Below are positions 11,252 through 24,017 of a stretch of DNA of 57,463 bases, piece by piece. Origin of the DNA: Prorocentrum cordatum (lineage: Eukaryota). The DNA lies in NCBI GenBank assembly GCA_963575745.1, contig CAUYUJ010000022.1, positions 62,001 to 119,463 on the forward strand, read 5' to 3'. Under the pieces are notes generated by a model that saw nothing but the letters and a program-made list of their open reading frames with translations, ran no database searches and had not been told where the DNA came from. Both the position numbers and the translations under genes were made by a program. Positions within the stretch are counted from its first letter, which is position 1; each line of letters begins with the position of its first letter.

Positions 11252-13224
11252 AGTGAAAAGCATGGGTAAGCTACACATGCGCCCTCCCAAGGTTCTGCAA
11301 CCATAATGGATTTTGGTCCTGAAAAACACGATCGCTCAAAATCCGCTCTCCCAGTACATGATCATTCGCCTAGGACATGGGCCAGCGGTTGCTGCACGTT
11401 CGATGGTTTCGCGTTTTCAGTAGGAGTGCTCACTGAAAGTTTCGCTTCGGAATCAAAGCAAGTCAACACAAGACTTGGATCGTGCAGTCCTCCTTCGGCG
11501 TCTTTACCGGTAGCAGGTCGCTGCAACCAAGCGCACAGGCAATTCAACGTTTTGCTGTTTGGGCAAATCGTTGCTCCATACTTTCTGCCAGTCGAAAAGC
11601 ATCCCGTTAGTCCAGCTTTTCATTACGCCTCCTAATTCAATCCGGTTTCGGAAAATTGCTGTATCTTCGGTTTTGATCCGTATTTGGTAGCTTCAGCCGC
11701 CGCAGCCACGACTTCCACGGTGCCATCACATGCAGACCATGATTGTACCCGAATGCGCGGAGTCGTGGCCAAGGCCAGAATTGTTGCTTCCGAATGTCTT
11801 GACATCTGAACGACTGCTGCTGCATAGGTGCCCCGATACCCCGAATGATAGCACGCTCCAGCTTCACTGCCTTACCCTCGCTGCCAAGACAGATTGGGAG
11901 AAGCCGAAATTTCCGGTGGAAGCCCACAGCGCCAATTCTTGTGCTTCGGCCACTCTTGGTCCTTTGGCAGACGTGTCGAGTGCAGGTTCAAGTGCAACTG
12001 GTTTACGCCGTGGCGGCAATCCAAGCGGTCTTGTTGTGATTATGTTTCCAACGTGCCACTATGAATACTCGAGTGCCCAGATGTAGTATGTCGAGGACTT
12101 GCAGTTAAAGAGCGCGTACCTCATGCCACACGGCGTGGGACAGAACTAAGTTGCACTGGCACCAGCGCCACGCGTCGGTAACGCCGTGAAGGATGTTCCA
12201 CTGCAGAGATTGCCCGAGATTGCCCGAATCCGCAGAGCATGACACGTTGAAGCTGATGTTGGCCATGTTTCTTCACGAATGCATGCAAGCACAGATATTG
12301 GTTGATACCCGCAGTCAAATGTCACGCAAACAGTAGGGTTCGACAGTGTCGCAGACCTCCTGGGAATCGCCTCTCAAACAAGATGCCCAGAGATTGCTGC
12401 GCATCTCGAAATGAGCATATGGTGCCACTCCAAATCCATGGGTGAACCATCTACGCATTCCCAAGAATACCTGAATCGGGCATCTGTGGCCCAGTAGAAG
12501 CAATATTCGGGAACCCTTGGAATTCAGGGCCGCGCTCAGCTCGTATACAAATCTCATGACCTCAGCCCTGGAACGCCAATCGCTCGAAACATGCAGCGCG
12601 TGCAAACGCTTGATGGACTGCTTTGCTGCATTCGGAAAGAGCAGGTGACGGTGCACATCGACGCCCCGGCGCCAGACAGGGCAGTGCGTTTCGAAATCGA
12701 GCTTTGCCGATCCATGAAGGCTACGCGAGTGCCCTTCACAGGCTTCTGGAGTACAAGAAGCAATGGTCGAGCCAAGGAATGCTCCAGACCTGCGAGGCCA
12801 GGAGCGGGCGGCAGCCGCGAATGACAACCCAGAATGCACAGGAAGCTAAACTATCGTGATACGCAATCGCATTTTCCAGTGATCTCCCTGCGGGGCGCCT
12901 TGGGAACGTTCCGTACGGACTTAGATTGCAGCCCCCGCGCCATTCGCAAGAAACAGTTCGCCGCCCTCACAGTTCGAGCTAACGTGCAATAGCATGCAGA
13001 TGCATCGACACTATCGCAGCGTTGACGGGCACTCGCACAAACGTAGAGCTTGTATCCTGGATGACCTTGAGCGCCAGGACAATTACAAAGCATACAACAC
13101 AACTAAGTCCCCATACATTCCTTAGACAGAGGAGGTGCGCGCCCGAATCTGTCACATTACGGATGTGCACCGTAGGAACACTTAGAAGGTGGGATGGCAC
13201 ATTGCAGCGACACTTGCAGATAGC

Positions 13225-13304
13225 TGTGTGTGAAAGTGCGTGTGCGTGTGAGTAAGTATATATATGTGTGTGTGTGTGTGCGTGTGTGTGTGTGTGTGCG
13301 TGTG

Positions 13305-13351
<47 letters not shown>

Positions 13352-13488
13352 ATGCGCGCGCGTGTATGTGTGTGTGTGTGTGTGTGTGTGCGTGTGCGTG
13401 TGCGTGTGTGCGTGTGTGCGTGTGTGCGTATGCGCGTGCGCGTGCGTGCGTGCGTGTGCGCGCGCGTGTGTGTGTGTGCGTGTGTGCA
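13225..13488. repeat. (TG)n/(TGCG)n microsatellite
   Basis: Directly visible. Confidence 0.95.
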
Positions 13489-14323
13489 GGCGGCCTTTCT
13501 TTCACCCGCGACGGGGCCGTCACCCTGCCCGCGGAGGGAAAGTGTGTGCGGGCGGGGGGGGCCTTCGGCTGGGGCAGCCGCTCACCGCCGCCGCTCTTGC
13601 CCAGGCCGGCGCGGGCCTCGGCCGAAGCGAGCACTTCGGCCCCCCTGGCCGAGGCAAGCGGCCTTCCCCGCGGGCGCGGAAAACTTTTTGATCCGCGGGT
13701 CGAGAGCGCACCTCTTCCGGTCGAAGCTAAGCGGGCCGCGCGAAGCTTGAATTAGACGGAGAAGAGGAAGGAGGAAGCGGCGGAGCCTCAGAGCGAGGCC
13801 GAGAGGAGGCATAGCCTCGGGTACAGGCGGTGCCGAAGCCGAAGTTCTTGCAAAGGGACGCCTTCGGCAGGAGCCCGGTGGCGAAGTACCAGAGAAGAGC
13901 AAAGTGCATCCGTTTCCTCACGGCTCGGCCCTTGGGCCGCGACCCCGCGGAGACAGGGCGTGGAGCCCCCTCGGGATCGGAGTAGCGCCGAAGCCCCCTC
14001 GGGATCGGTCGCGCGCCAGCTGCTGTTCTCGGTGGCGCGCAGACGCCACACGAGGCCGCCCGGGAGGGCGGGGAGCCGCGCGGGAGAGTTTTGTTCGCGG
14101 CTGCCCCGCGCGCGGGGGCGCATCCGTGCGACCGCGCTCTCGCGGCGGCCGCGCCCCGGAGCCCAGACCGCGAGGGCGCGGGGATGGGCACGCTGGGCGC
14201 TCGTGATCTCGGCCGAGGGCCCGCCGGCGCGCGGCAGGCCCTCGGCCGAGCCCAGAGGGCCGACGCCCTGCTTTTTGCAACGCGGGGCCCCAGAAGTCTC
14301 GACCCACCCCCTGGGGACCCCCT

Positions 14324-14668
14324 GGGCCTCCCAGATGGTGTCGGAGGATCGCGGGTCGTCGCCGATGCATTGGCAATGCGGCTCGATGCGGAGCCCGATT
14401 TTCTCCACGCCGACGTCGCCGATGCATCGCCGGCATCGCCAACGCATCGCCGACGCATCGCCGATGCATCGGCGAGGCGGCGAGATCCTGCGACCCCATC
14501 TACTCCGGCCCGATCTGCAGGACTTGCTTCTCATCCCGAGTCGTTATTTGGCGATCCTGTGGCCTGGCAAGGGTTTCTAGAGGCGGAAAACGGTGAAAAA
14601 CTTCCGTCCTGATTTTGAAATGCGCTATCTTTGGGAGCCTTCGGCCGAAGCCGCCGCGCGTCGCCACC
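14324..14668. mobile_element. Hairpin element with (GCCGATGCATC)-like subrepeats plus a ~155-bp tail; relatives at 51748-52147 and 53510-53755
   Basis: Shared GGCCTCCCA...GGATCGCG left arm, CCCCATCTACT right arm and a related loop. Confidence 0.8.
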
Positions 14669-14978
14669 AACGTGCCTTCGACGAGGAGGAGGAGGAGGAG
14701 CAAGTGGAGGAGGAGGAGGAGGAGGAGGAGGAGGAGGAGGAGGAGGAGGAGGAGGTGAGGGTCGAGGATCGAGGATCGAGGCCCTCGATCGCGCCCCCCT
14801 GGCCGAGGCCGGCGCACCTCGCCGCCGTCGCCCGTGGCGGCGTGGGCCTCGGTGGCGCCGTCGCCCGCGGCCGCGCGCGGGCGGCACCCGCTGCGGTCTG
14901 CGGCGCCTGGCGCGGGCGGGCCGCAGCCGCGCGGCGGCACCGCCGCCGCCGACGACGCCAACGACGACGGCGGCGGCG

Positions 14979-15140
14979 CAGTGCCGTTTTTAATACATGT
15001 TCCGCGTGCGGATCATGTCGTAAAAATGCAGGGATTCAGTACTAAGAACAAGGAGGAATTCATGCATATATTCATTCATAGATTAATCATGCATTAAACA
15101 CCCTATAATTTAAAACATCTTATTCTTAAAAACTGCCCTG
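14979..15140. mobile_element. Second copy of the Tc1/mariner-type MITE
   Basis: CAGTGCCGTTTTTAATACATGTTCCGCGTGCGGATCATGT ... AAAAACTGCCCTG|TA aligns with 3935-4103. Confidence 0.8.
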
Positions 15141-16169
15141 TACAATCGAGATGATGAAATAAGGGCCGCTTTGGGTTCGGAGGGGGCTCGCTGTTTCCCA
15201 AGGGCCTTCTGCGGTTCTTCCTCCAGCCCTCCGCTTGCACCCAGCTGGGAGCAAAGGACGAGGCTTCGTTCCTCACTGAGCGTTCCTGGTGTCGTTTCAG
15301 CAGCCCGACCGTACCCGCTGCGGGCTGCGGCGTCTGGCGCGGGCGGGCCGCTGCCGCGCGGCGACCCCGGACTTCCAACGCATCGAAAAAGCCACCCTGA
15401 GATCCAGGCTTTGCGCATTTTGTCGCACCGTGCGCTTTCGCCCAGCGTCGTGCCCCGGAACCATCACAGGGCGGTCTGGCTCAAGAAATGCAGCAAATAT
15501 GAAGATCAGGCTCCAGACGCGATTCTTCGCAATGTTTCAGTTTTTCCGCAGCGACGGATCTTAGAGCCGGGCGGAGGGCCTCGGTGACCGTGAAAATCAG
15601 GAGAGGAAAAAACACACAGACACAATGAATCGTTGACTCCCCAGAAAAAGTATTGGAAAATATGGGAAGTGAGGGGGAAGACAATAACCCAGAAAAGATT
15701 GGAAAAGATGGGGATTCTTTTTATTTGTGTGTATTTATTTGTGTGTCCCAGGGCCCCTTCAGAAAAGCAAGACGAGAAGCCAGTCCCAGGGGGGAGTCGA
15801 GTCCTCCAGGTTCCCCGCATTGGCAAACTTAAGACGTCGGATCTCTGGGCTGGGCTCTGCGGCGAGGGCGGCGGTGGCAACCACAAGGGACCTGCGGGCC
15901 CCGACATCCCCAGGCATTCGACGATATGGTCGAGTGTTGGGCCGAAGTTTAGCCAGGCCAATGGTCCACGTGTTGCCCCAGTCGCTGTGGAGGCCTTGGG
16001 GGCCTCTTGGGCGCCTTTTGGAAGCATCTTGGGGCCTGTAGGGGCCTCTGCTGAGGGGCCATCCTGGCCTTCCGAGGCAGTCTTGGGGTCCGTCTGGCCG
16101 TCTCCGCACCGATTTCCCGCTGGGAGGGCTCTCCGTGTCACTGCGGTTTCACCCCCCCGACCTCCGATC

Positions 16170-17260
16170 CGTGTATATGTGTATATGTATATGCATGCAT
16201 GTCTGCCTGCATGTCTGTCTGTATGGATGCATGTATGTATGTGTGTATGTATGTATGTATGTATATACATTTATATATATATATGTGTTGTTGTCTCTCG
16301 TTCTCCCTTTCTCTCTCAATATATATATATATATGTACATGCATGTACGCATGTATGTATGTATGTATGTGTGTACGTATGTATGCATGACTGTATTCAT
16401 GTATTTATGTATGTACATATGTATGCATGTATGTATGTATGTATGTATGTATGCAAGTCTGTATATATATATGTATATCTGTGCGTGTGTATGCATGTAC
16501 ATATGAATGCATGTATGCGTGCATGATTGTATGTATGTGTGCATGTATGCATGTAAGTATGTCTGTATGCAAGTGCCTACGCAATCGTGCACGTATGCAT
16601 ACATGCATGGATACATTTGTTTTGGTATGCATGCATAGGTATGTGTGCGTGCATGTACATGTGCAGTGCATGTATGTATGTATGCGTGGTTGTATGTATG
16701 TATGCATGCATGTATGTATGTATGTATGTGTGTATGCGTGTGCGTATGTATGTATGCAGGCATGCACGTATGTGTGTAGGTACGTTTGTGTATGTGTACA
16801 TGCGTGTTTGTGTGTATGTATGTATGCATGCATGCATGCATGTACAGAGATATGTATGTGTGTATATGTGTAGGTATGTAGGTGTGTGTATGCATGCATG
16901 CATGCATGTATGTATGCTCATATGTATGTATGCTTGTATGTTTACGCGAATGTATGTATTCATTCATGGATCTACACATGTCTGTATGTACATGCATATG
17001 TATAGGTATAGGTAAATGTATATGTATAAATGTATATGTATGTACATATTTACATACAAATATATATGCGTATGTTTATGTTTATGCTTATGTGCATGTA
17101 CGCGTATATGTATATGTCGACATAGGTGCAAACATATACGTTTACGATATGTATACGTATACGTAAGCACGTATCTATGTATGTATGTATGTATGCATGT
17201 ATGTATGTATGTATGCAGGTATGTATTCAGGTATGTATGCATGTATGTGTTCATCCATAT
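16170..17260. repeat. (GTAT)n/(GCAT)n degenerate microsatellite
   Basis: Directly visible. Confidence 0.97.
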
Positions 17261-18535
17261 CACACACGACTGAACGACAACAACGCTTGGAAAGCGGGTC
17301 CCCCGCCCCAGGGGCGGTCCATTTGCTCGAACCTCCCGCCACGCATCCCCTCGGGAGCCTTGAGAGGATTGTCATGGCTTCCTCAGGCCAGGACGGAGCC
17401 AGGAGATGGCCAAGATGGCCAAATCTGCTCAGGACGACCTCCACAATGCTCCAGGACGGCCCCGGCATCGCTCCGAGAGCCCCCGGACCTCCCCGAGGAC
17501 CTCCCCAAGGGGTCCAAATCGTGCAAAAACAATAGTTTGCTAGATATTATTGTTTTTTCGCTCCCGACCGGCCACTTAAGCCTCAAAATGGTCCCATGAC
17601 GGCCCAAAAGAGACCCAGGAGGGGCCCAAGAGGGCTCCAAGACGCAAGAGGCAGATGTTCGCTCTCCAAGGGGAGGGGGGCGAATCAAGGAGCTCCCATT
17701 CTGAGCCATGGGGCCCAAGATCGCTCCAAGAGTGTCCCACGACCCCGCCCAAGCCCCCAAAGACCGCCAAGAGGACCCCAGGACCCCCCCCCAAAGACCC
17801 ATGAGGGCCCCCAAAGACCCATGGGGCCCCTCCTCCTCCTCCTCCTCCTCCTTTTCCTGCTCCGTTCCTTCCTCTTCCTCACATCGTTGTAAAGCTCGCG
17901 AGTTGAAGCTCGATCGGCTTGACGTCCCGCAAAGACCAGCCCCTGAGCCGCCGCCACCGACTGCCAACGTGCCACAGGCAGGCAGCCGCTGAGTCAGGGC
18001 CGATTTTGGCGTTCGGGCTTTTGGGAGGGGGAGCTACCCCTTCCTGCGAAGCTGATTTAAAGCAAAATCAAGACCTCGTGGATCGGTGGATGTTTTCAAC
18101 ATAGGCGTTGTCATCTGTGAGGGCAGCTCCCTTTCAGTTTTGCATGTTCCACCAGTCCCTCGGCAAGGGTTCGCCATGACCTGTTTCTCAAGCTTGGCGT
18201 AAAACACATTATAACATGAGACGTGCACGCTCGCCCATGTTTATCAGGGCTCACGTGCGGCATCCTAGTCCTAATCGGCCCTGGTGTCTCCTCGATTTAT
18301 TTCGTATGTTGCTACTCAGGTTCTTGCTTGTTCGGTTCTTCCTCCTGCGTACCGCCTGGCTGGCGCATACTCTCAGCCCTTGGGAGCCCGTTTCTTTTCT
18401 GGTTCGTCTTGCTTGTCGTAGTCTGTGGCGCCAGCCAGGTTTGATGTGTTCTTTTCTCCGCTAGGTCGGTGCTCTTTTTTTTCGCATCCAGTAACGCTCC
18501 AGGCTGCAGCCCTGGGTTTGCGCAGCGTTCAAAAG

Positions 18536-18542
18536 GAGTAGA

Positions 18543-18578
<36 letters not shown>

Positions 18579-18657
18579 CGTAGTAGTAGTAGTAGTAGAC
18601 GTAGTAGTAGTAGACGTAGTCGTAGTCGTAGTCGTAGTAGTAGTAGTCGTAGTAGTC

Positions 18658-18698
<41 letters not shown>

Positions 18699-18699
18699 C

Positions 18700-18763
<64 letters not shown>

Positions 18764-18764
18764 C

Positions 18765-18804
<40 letters not shown>

Positions 18805-18913
18805 GTAGTAGTAGTAGTAGTCGTAGTAGTAGTAGTAGTAGTAGTAGTAGTCGTAGTCGTAGTCGTAGTTGTAGTAGTAGTAGCCTTGGTAAAAGTAGTA
18901 GTAGTAGTAGTAT

Positions 18914-18955
<42 letters not shown>

Positions 18956-18965
18956 ACGTAGCAGC

Positions 18966-18997
<32 letters not shown>

Positions 18998-19840
18998 CAG
19001 TAACAGTAGCAGTAGCAGTCGCAGTAGCAGAAGTAGTAGTAGTAGTAGTAGTAATATAGTAGTAGTAGTAGTCGTAGTAGTAGTAGTTGTTGTTGTAGTA
19101 GTAGTAGTAGTAGTAGTAGCAGTAGTAGTAGTAGTAATAGTAGTGGTCTTATGAGTAGTAATAGGAGGAGGCGTAGTAGTAGCACTAGTAGCAGTAGTAG
19201 CAGTAGTAGCAGTAGTAGGAGCATTAGTAGTCGTGGTATTAGTAGTAGCCGCAGTATTGGCAGTAGTAGTAGCAGTAGCAGTAGTAGCAGTAGTAGTAGT
19301 AGTAGTGGTAGCAGTAGTAGTAGTAGTAGTAGCAGTAGTAGTAGTAGTCGTAAGAGTCGTGTCAGTCGTAGTAGTCGTCGTCGTAGTAGTAGTCATCGTA
19401 GTCGTAGTTGTAGTAGTAGTAGTCGTAGTTGTAGTAGTAGTAGTTTTAGTTGTAGTAGCAGTCGTAGTAGCAGTAGTTGTAGCTGTAGCAGTAGTACTTG
19501 TAGCAGTCGTAGTAGCAGTTGTAGTAGCAGTTGTAGTAGCAGTCGTAGTAGCAGTAGTAGTTTTAGTTGTAGTAGCAGTCGTAGTAGCAGTAGTAGTTTT
19601 AGTTGTAGTAGTAGTCGTAGTTGTAGTAATAGTAGTAGTAATAGTAGTAGTAGCCGTAGTAGCAGTACTAGTAGTAGTAGTAGTGGCAGTCGTAGTAGTA
19701 GTAATAGTAGTAATAGTAGTCGTCGTCGTAGTAGTAGTAGTAGTAGCAGTAGCAGTAGCAGTAGCAGTAGTAGTAGTAGTAGTAGTAGTAGTAGGAGTAG
19801 TAGTAGTCGTAGTAGTAGTAGTAGTAGTAGTAGTAGTCCC

Positions 19841-19872
<32 letters not shown>

Positions 19873-19980
19873 CAGTCGTAGTGGTAGTAGTAGTAGTAGT
19901 AGTCGTAGTAGTACTAGTCGTAGTAGTAGTAGCAGCAGTCGTAGCAGTAGTAGCCGTAGTAGTAGTAGTAGTAGTAGTAA

Positions 19981-20026
<46 letters not shown>

Positions 20027-20055
20027 CGCCGTAGTAGCCGTAGTATTATTATTAT

Positions 20056-20087
<32 letters not shown>

Positions 20088-20315
20088 CCAGTACTGATAG
20101 TAGCAGTAGTAGTAGTAGTAGAAGTAGTAGTAGTAGTAGCACTAGTAGTGGTAGTAATAATAGTAGAAGTAGTAGTAGTAGTAGTCGTAGTAGTAGTCGT
20201 CGTAGTTCTCGTAGTAATCGTAGAAGTCGTAGTAGTTTTAGTAGTCGTAGTAGTAGTCGTAGTCGTAGTAGTAGTAGTGGTAGTAGTAGTAGTAGTAGTA
20301 CTAGTAGTAGCAGTA
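18536..20315. repeat. ~1.8-kb (TAG/GTA)n trinucleotide microsatellite running into an assembly gap
   Basis: Directly visible; produces the poly-V/S/T/L ORFs. Confidence 0.98.
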
Positions 20316-20415
20316 NNNNNNNNNNNNNNNNNNNNNNNNNNNNNNNNNNNNNNNNNNNNNNNNNNNNNNNNNNNNNNNNNNNNNNNNNNNNNNNNNNNNN
20401 NNNNNNNNNNNNNNN
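20316..20415. other. Scaffold gap (100 N)
   Basis: Run of N bases. Confidence 1.
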
Positions 20416-20419
20416 GACC

Positions 20420-21155
20420 CTTTTTTTTCGGCACGGCCCCCCCCCATCACACGCGCCCCCTCCGCATCTCCCCCAGCCCCCTCCGCCCCGACCCTATTAT
20501 TTCGGCGCGGCACGCCCCCCATCCCACGCGCCCCCCTCCGCAGTATCCACCCAAAAGCCCGCGTCCCGCCGCCCACCAGCCAGCGCCCCCCCCTCCGCCC
20601 CGACCTTTTTTTTATCATCTTGCACCAGTGCCCCCCCGTCTCGAGCGCCCCCTCTGCACCACCCCACGCACCAGCCAGCGCGCCCCCTCCGCCCCGACCC
20701 CTTGATTTCGGCGCAGCACAGGAACCCCTCCCATCCCGCGCGCCCCCTCCGCATCCCCCCGCCCCCCAGCCATAGCGCCCCCTTCCGCCCTGGCACATTT
20801 ATTATCTTGCGCAGTTATGTTCTAAAGCTCGGGTTTTCGCTCGTTGTCCCTTCTGGTCCTGGCGCTGGACCCAACCTGCCCCCCTGCTCCTCGCCCCGCT
20901 GGCTCTGGACTGGACCCAGCCTCCTCCCCTGGCCCTGGCCCCAGCCCCCTCGCGCCGGACCCTTTATCTCCATTCGTCGTCGTCCCCATGGTCCTGGTCC
21001 TGGCCCTGGAGCCAAACTCCCCCCCTGGACCTGGCCCCAGCCCCCCTCGCCCCCCTGGTCCTGGCACTGGACCCAGCTTGCCCCCGTGGTCCTGGCCCCA
21101 GCCCCCTCGCCCGCTGGCCCTGTCCCTGGACCCAGCCCCCCCCCTGGCCCAGCCT
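20420..21155. repeat. C-rich degenerate minisatellites (GCGCCCCCTCCGC units, then CCCTGGCCCCAGCCCC units)
   Basis: Repeated C-run motifs are visible. Confidence 0.8.
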
Positions 21156-21322
21156 CGAAAAATCTATTGCGCCTCAGCTGTCAAAACAACTCATTCGAGC
21201 AGGTCCCAATCGACAACCGCTGATTTAGCACCGGGGCGCCCTGGCCCCACCTGCCCCTCCTCCTCCTCCTCCTCCTCCGCCTGGATCGTTCTGCTGGGCT
21301 CCTTAGAGCCCGCCACGCCTTC

Positions 21323-23330
21323 GTGGAAATAGTAATACATGCTATGAGAGTGGAACAATTACCCACCAAGGCCAACACCACCGAGGGAGTCCTGCTAGAT
21401 AAGAGTAACAACAAAGAAAACATGCAGAGTGTTAGAATTATCCACCTTTTGGATACTTTTTGGAAGTTCTGGTATGCAGTGATCTATAACTGGGGGGAGA
21501 GCGCCAAGCAGTATGACTCTAGCTTCCCTGGATGGTGGCACGGGCTTCTGCGCTACAGGAGACGGGAGGGTGCCATTCTTGTCCAGCAGCGTGTTGGTTC
21601 CGCCCTACGACACCTCGGCCCTCCTCATCTAAATGAACTCCACGATCTTAGCAATGCATTTATGTGCCCAAGCTCTTCCTCGTTGATCTCTGTTGGGGAA
21701 CAGGTGCTGCGCCCTGAACTTCAGGCTTTTGCAGAGCAGCGCATCAAGAACGGAGTTGTGAGCTTCAAATTACAGCGCGGTTCCGAGCGTCACTACTTCC
21801 TAACCAAGAATGGAGGCTTTCAGGGTTCCTGCGAGATGCCGAAACAATTCGTCGGAGTGTTCCACCACACGATTGAGGCATTACGTGCTGCTCCAACCCA
21901 CACGCCCATAATCGCATATAGCGAAGTCGGACATGAATCTAGCATTGACGTATCCATCTCTGGTTTCGCAGACGATATATTTAGGAAACGACTTTTAGCT
22001 CGAGATCTCAGCACGCGAGAAGTTATTCAGAACATCGAAGAGAGTGATGCAGTCATGAATCATATCTTGCGGGCCGATCACTTCTCCCAGAACATGAGTA
22101 AGAAGGACATCGTACCACACCCTGGGTCTACACTAGCTAACCGTCAGCTACAAGAACACTGTCAAGCACATCACGGCATTGTTCGGGCTCACGCACGACA
22201 TCTGTGAGCACGATACACGATGAAGGGGAATAGCGGAGTGGAGGTGGAGATGAGGATCCAGGGGATGAGAGCGGGGTGGAGTATGATGGGACTGTTCTGG
22301 CATGAGCGGGGACTACGACGCCTTAAGAGGGAGCTCTACCTTAGTACTGTCGTCGAAAAGGGCCTCACGGGGCTTGAGGCCTTCGTTCTCACTCCGTCGG
22401 AGCACGCTCGCATCGACTCGATCATCGTCCGCTACCTTCGTGTTCTTATGAAAGGCTCGGCGGCGAATTGGGAGGGGTCTCGCGCCGTATCGCAGAGCAG
22501 CGGCGAGGTCTTGCGTGAGTGGCGCATCTTGTCGAGTGCAGGTGAGCTAGCGGTCCGACGGGTTCGATGGCTCCAGAGCATGGTTCGGCACAGGCACGCG
22601 CACGCACAGATCGTCTCCGTTCCCTCAGGGCATGTCATGAATGAAGAACCGACCCTTACCCCATCTGGCACACTCAGTAACTCAGCCAATCCTTGGATTG
22701 TCCAATTTGCTCAAGATCTGGAGTGCTATAGAGGTATTAGTGGCGCGGAGACTTCTTCGAGGTCTGGGGCGATTCTGGTGATTCGTGGAAGGAGCTTTTT
22801 TTCGGACAGCTCAGATGCGTCCCATGAGTTCTTGCAGATCGATCCCAGTATCCTACGCTCTGCTGCTTTTACTGACAAAAGACATTGGGATAGACTTCTT
22901 CGGCTAACACCAGTATCTGCAGCTCCTCAGGGAGACGCTCATGTATGTCGGCTCACAGATTCGAACCAACGGTGTTGTGGACTCGGGTTCGCTACCTTTC
23001 AACAACTCCTGGCTCATCAGACCTCTCATCGTGGGTTCCGCTCTACATTGAACCCGGGCGTGATAATCAACCAGTGTCCTAACTGCTGTTCGTTTTGTCG
23101 GGATATTCAGTCTACCCGACATCATCTAAAACGGGCCTATTCTAATGGGCGCTGCCAACTCGGTCGAGCCCATATGTCATGGCCACTCCAGATACCTAAC
23201 GTTCTTCAATGTAAGTTATGTGACATAGCGGCTTTTGGCTCAGCAAGTGAGTTGCACGCGCACCTGCGCCGTGACCACCTTCCTCAGCCACCCCCTCGGC
23301 TCTCTCTACCACAGCCTGCCCACCCTCGGC
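21323..23330 (+). pseudogene. Reverse transcriptase-zinc finger ORF with one in-frame TGA at 22205-22207
   Basis: ORFs 21323..22207 and 22220.. are in the same frame, and the TGA replaces the G of the (Y/H)LG motif. Fingers: HVCRL..CGLGF..LLAHQTSH, QCPNC..HHLKR, LQCKLC..LHAHLRRDH. Confidence 0.85.
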
Positions 23331-23339
23331 GGGCTCTGC

Positions 23340-24017
23340 ATGCCGGCGGCGCTGGCGCCATCGGGGGCCGCAGCGGCAGCCCAGGAGCACGAGCGCGTGG
23401 TCCGACCGCGCCAGGTCGAGGGCGCCAGGCGCGCCGACGCACTGAAGGAGGTGAAGAACTGGCAGACGGGGCAGAAGCAGGTCTTCGGGATGATGATGCG
23501 CCAAACCCTCCGCAACACCCAGCAGATGCGCGAGGTGATGGCGGCCCTCTTCGACGTCTACCTCGCACCAGAGGATGCGCCGATCATCTTATCGATGCAG
23601 GAGCAGACGTCCACGCGCAGCACCGTGGTGAAGGGCAAGAAGGATCACGAGTACGGGCCGCCGCTGACCTGGGCGTTCGGGGGCGCCTTGAAGTGGATGC
23701 ACGACCAGGGCCCCGACGACCCCAACTCGGGGATCAAGATCAGCAAGAAGCTCCACGAACAAGTCAAGAAGGCGCACAACGAGTACAGCACATGGGACAC
23801 GCAGAAGAAATGCGACCTCATCCTGTGCTGCAAGGTGGAGAAGGTCTTCCAGAAGGGGATGAAGAAGGTGACAATCGCGCTCAGGGGCCCCACGTTCCGC
23901 CACATGATGTGCAGGTGTCTGGCGGGGATCAAGGGCATGCAGCTGAAACAGGGTCGGGCCCCCGCCACGTACATGGAGCGCGAGATTCAGCAGATGATTG
24001 AGCAGATGGACGCCTAG
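23340..24017 (+). CDS. Intact 225-aa protein of unknown function downstream of the LINE RT
   Basis: ATG 23340 to TAG 24017, very high GC3, complex globular-like sequence (..KKDHEYGPPLTWAFGG..CKVEKVF..KQGRAPATYMEREIQQMIEQM). Confidence 0.75.
   Translation: MPAALAPSGAAAAAQEHERVVRPRQVEGARRADALKEVKNWQTGQKQVFGMMMRQTLRNTQQMREVMAALFDVYLAPEDAPIILSMQEQTSTRSTVVKGKKDHEYGPPLTWAFGGALKWMHDQGPDDPNSGIKISKKLHEQVKKAHNEYSTWDTQKKCDLILCCKVEKVFQKGMKKVTIALRGPTFRHMMCRCLAGIKGMQLKQGRAPATYMEREIQQMIEQMDA

Noticed and set aside
18461..21223. Long ORFs of 490-690 aa (mucin-like poly-Thr/Ser/Val)
   Set aside because: They are translations of a (TAG)n microsatellite that crosses an N gap.
23230..23248. TTTTGGCTCAG spliced-leader-like match
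   Set aside because: It is short, lies inside the LINE zinc-finger coding region and lacks the CCGTAGCCA half.
23340..24001. Arg/Gly-rich C-terminal third of ORF 22220..24001 as a real RT extension
   Set aside because: It is the stop-free shadow frame expected beside the GC3-rich ORF 23340-24017.
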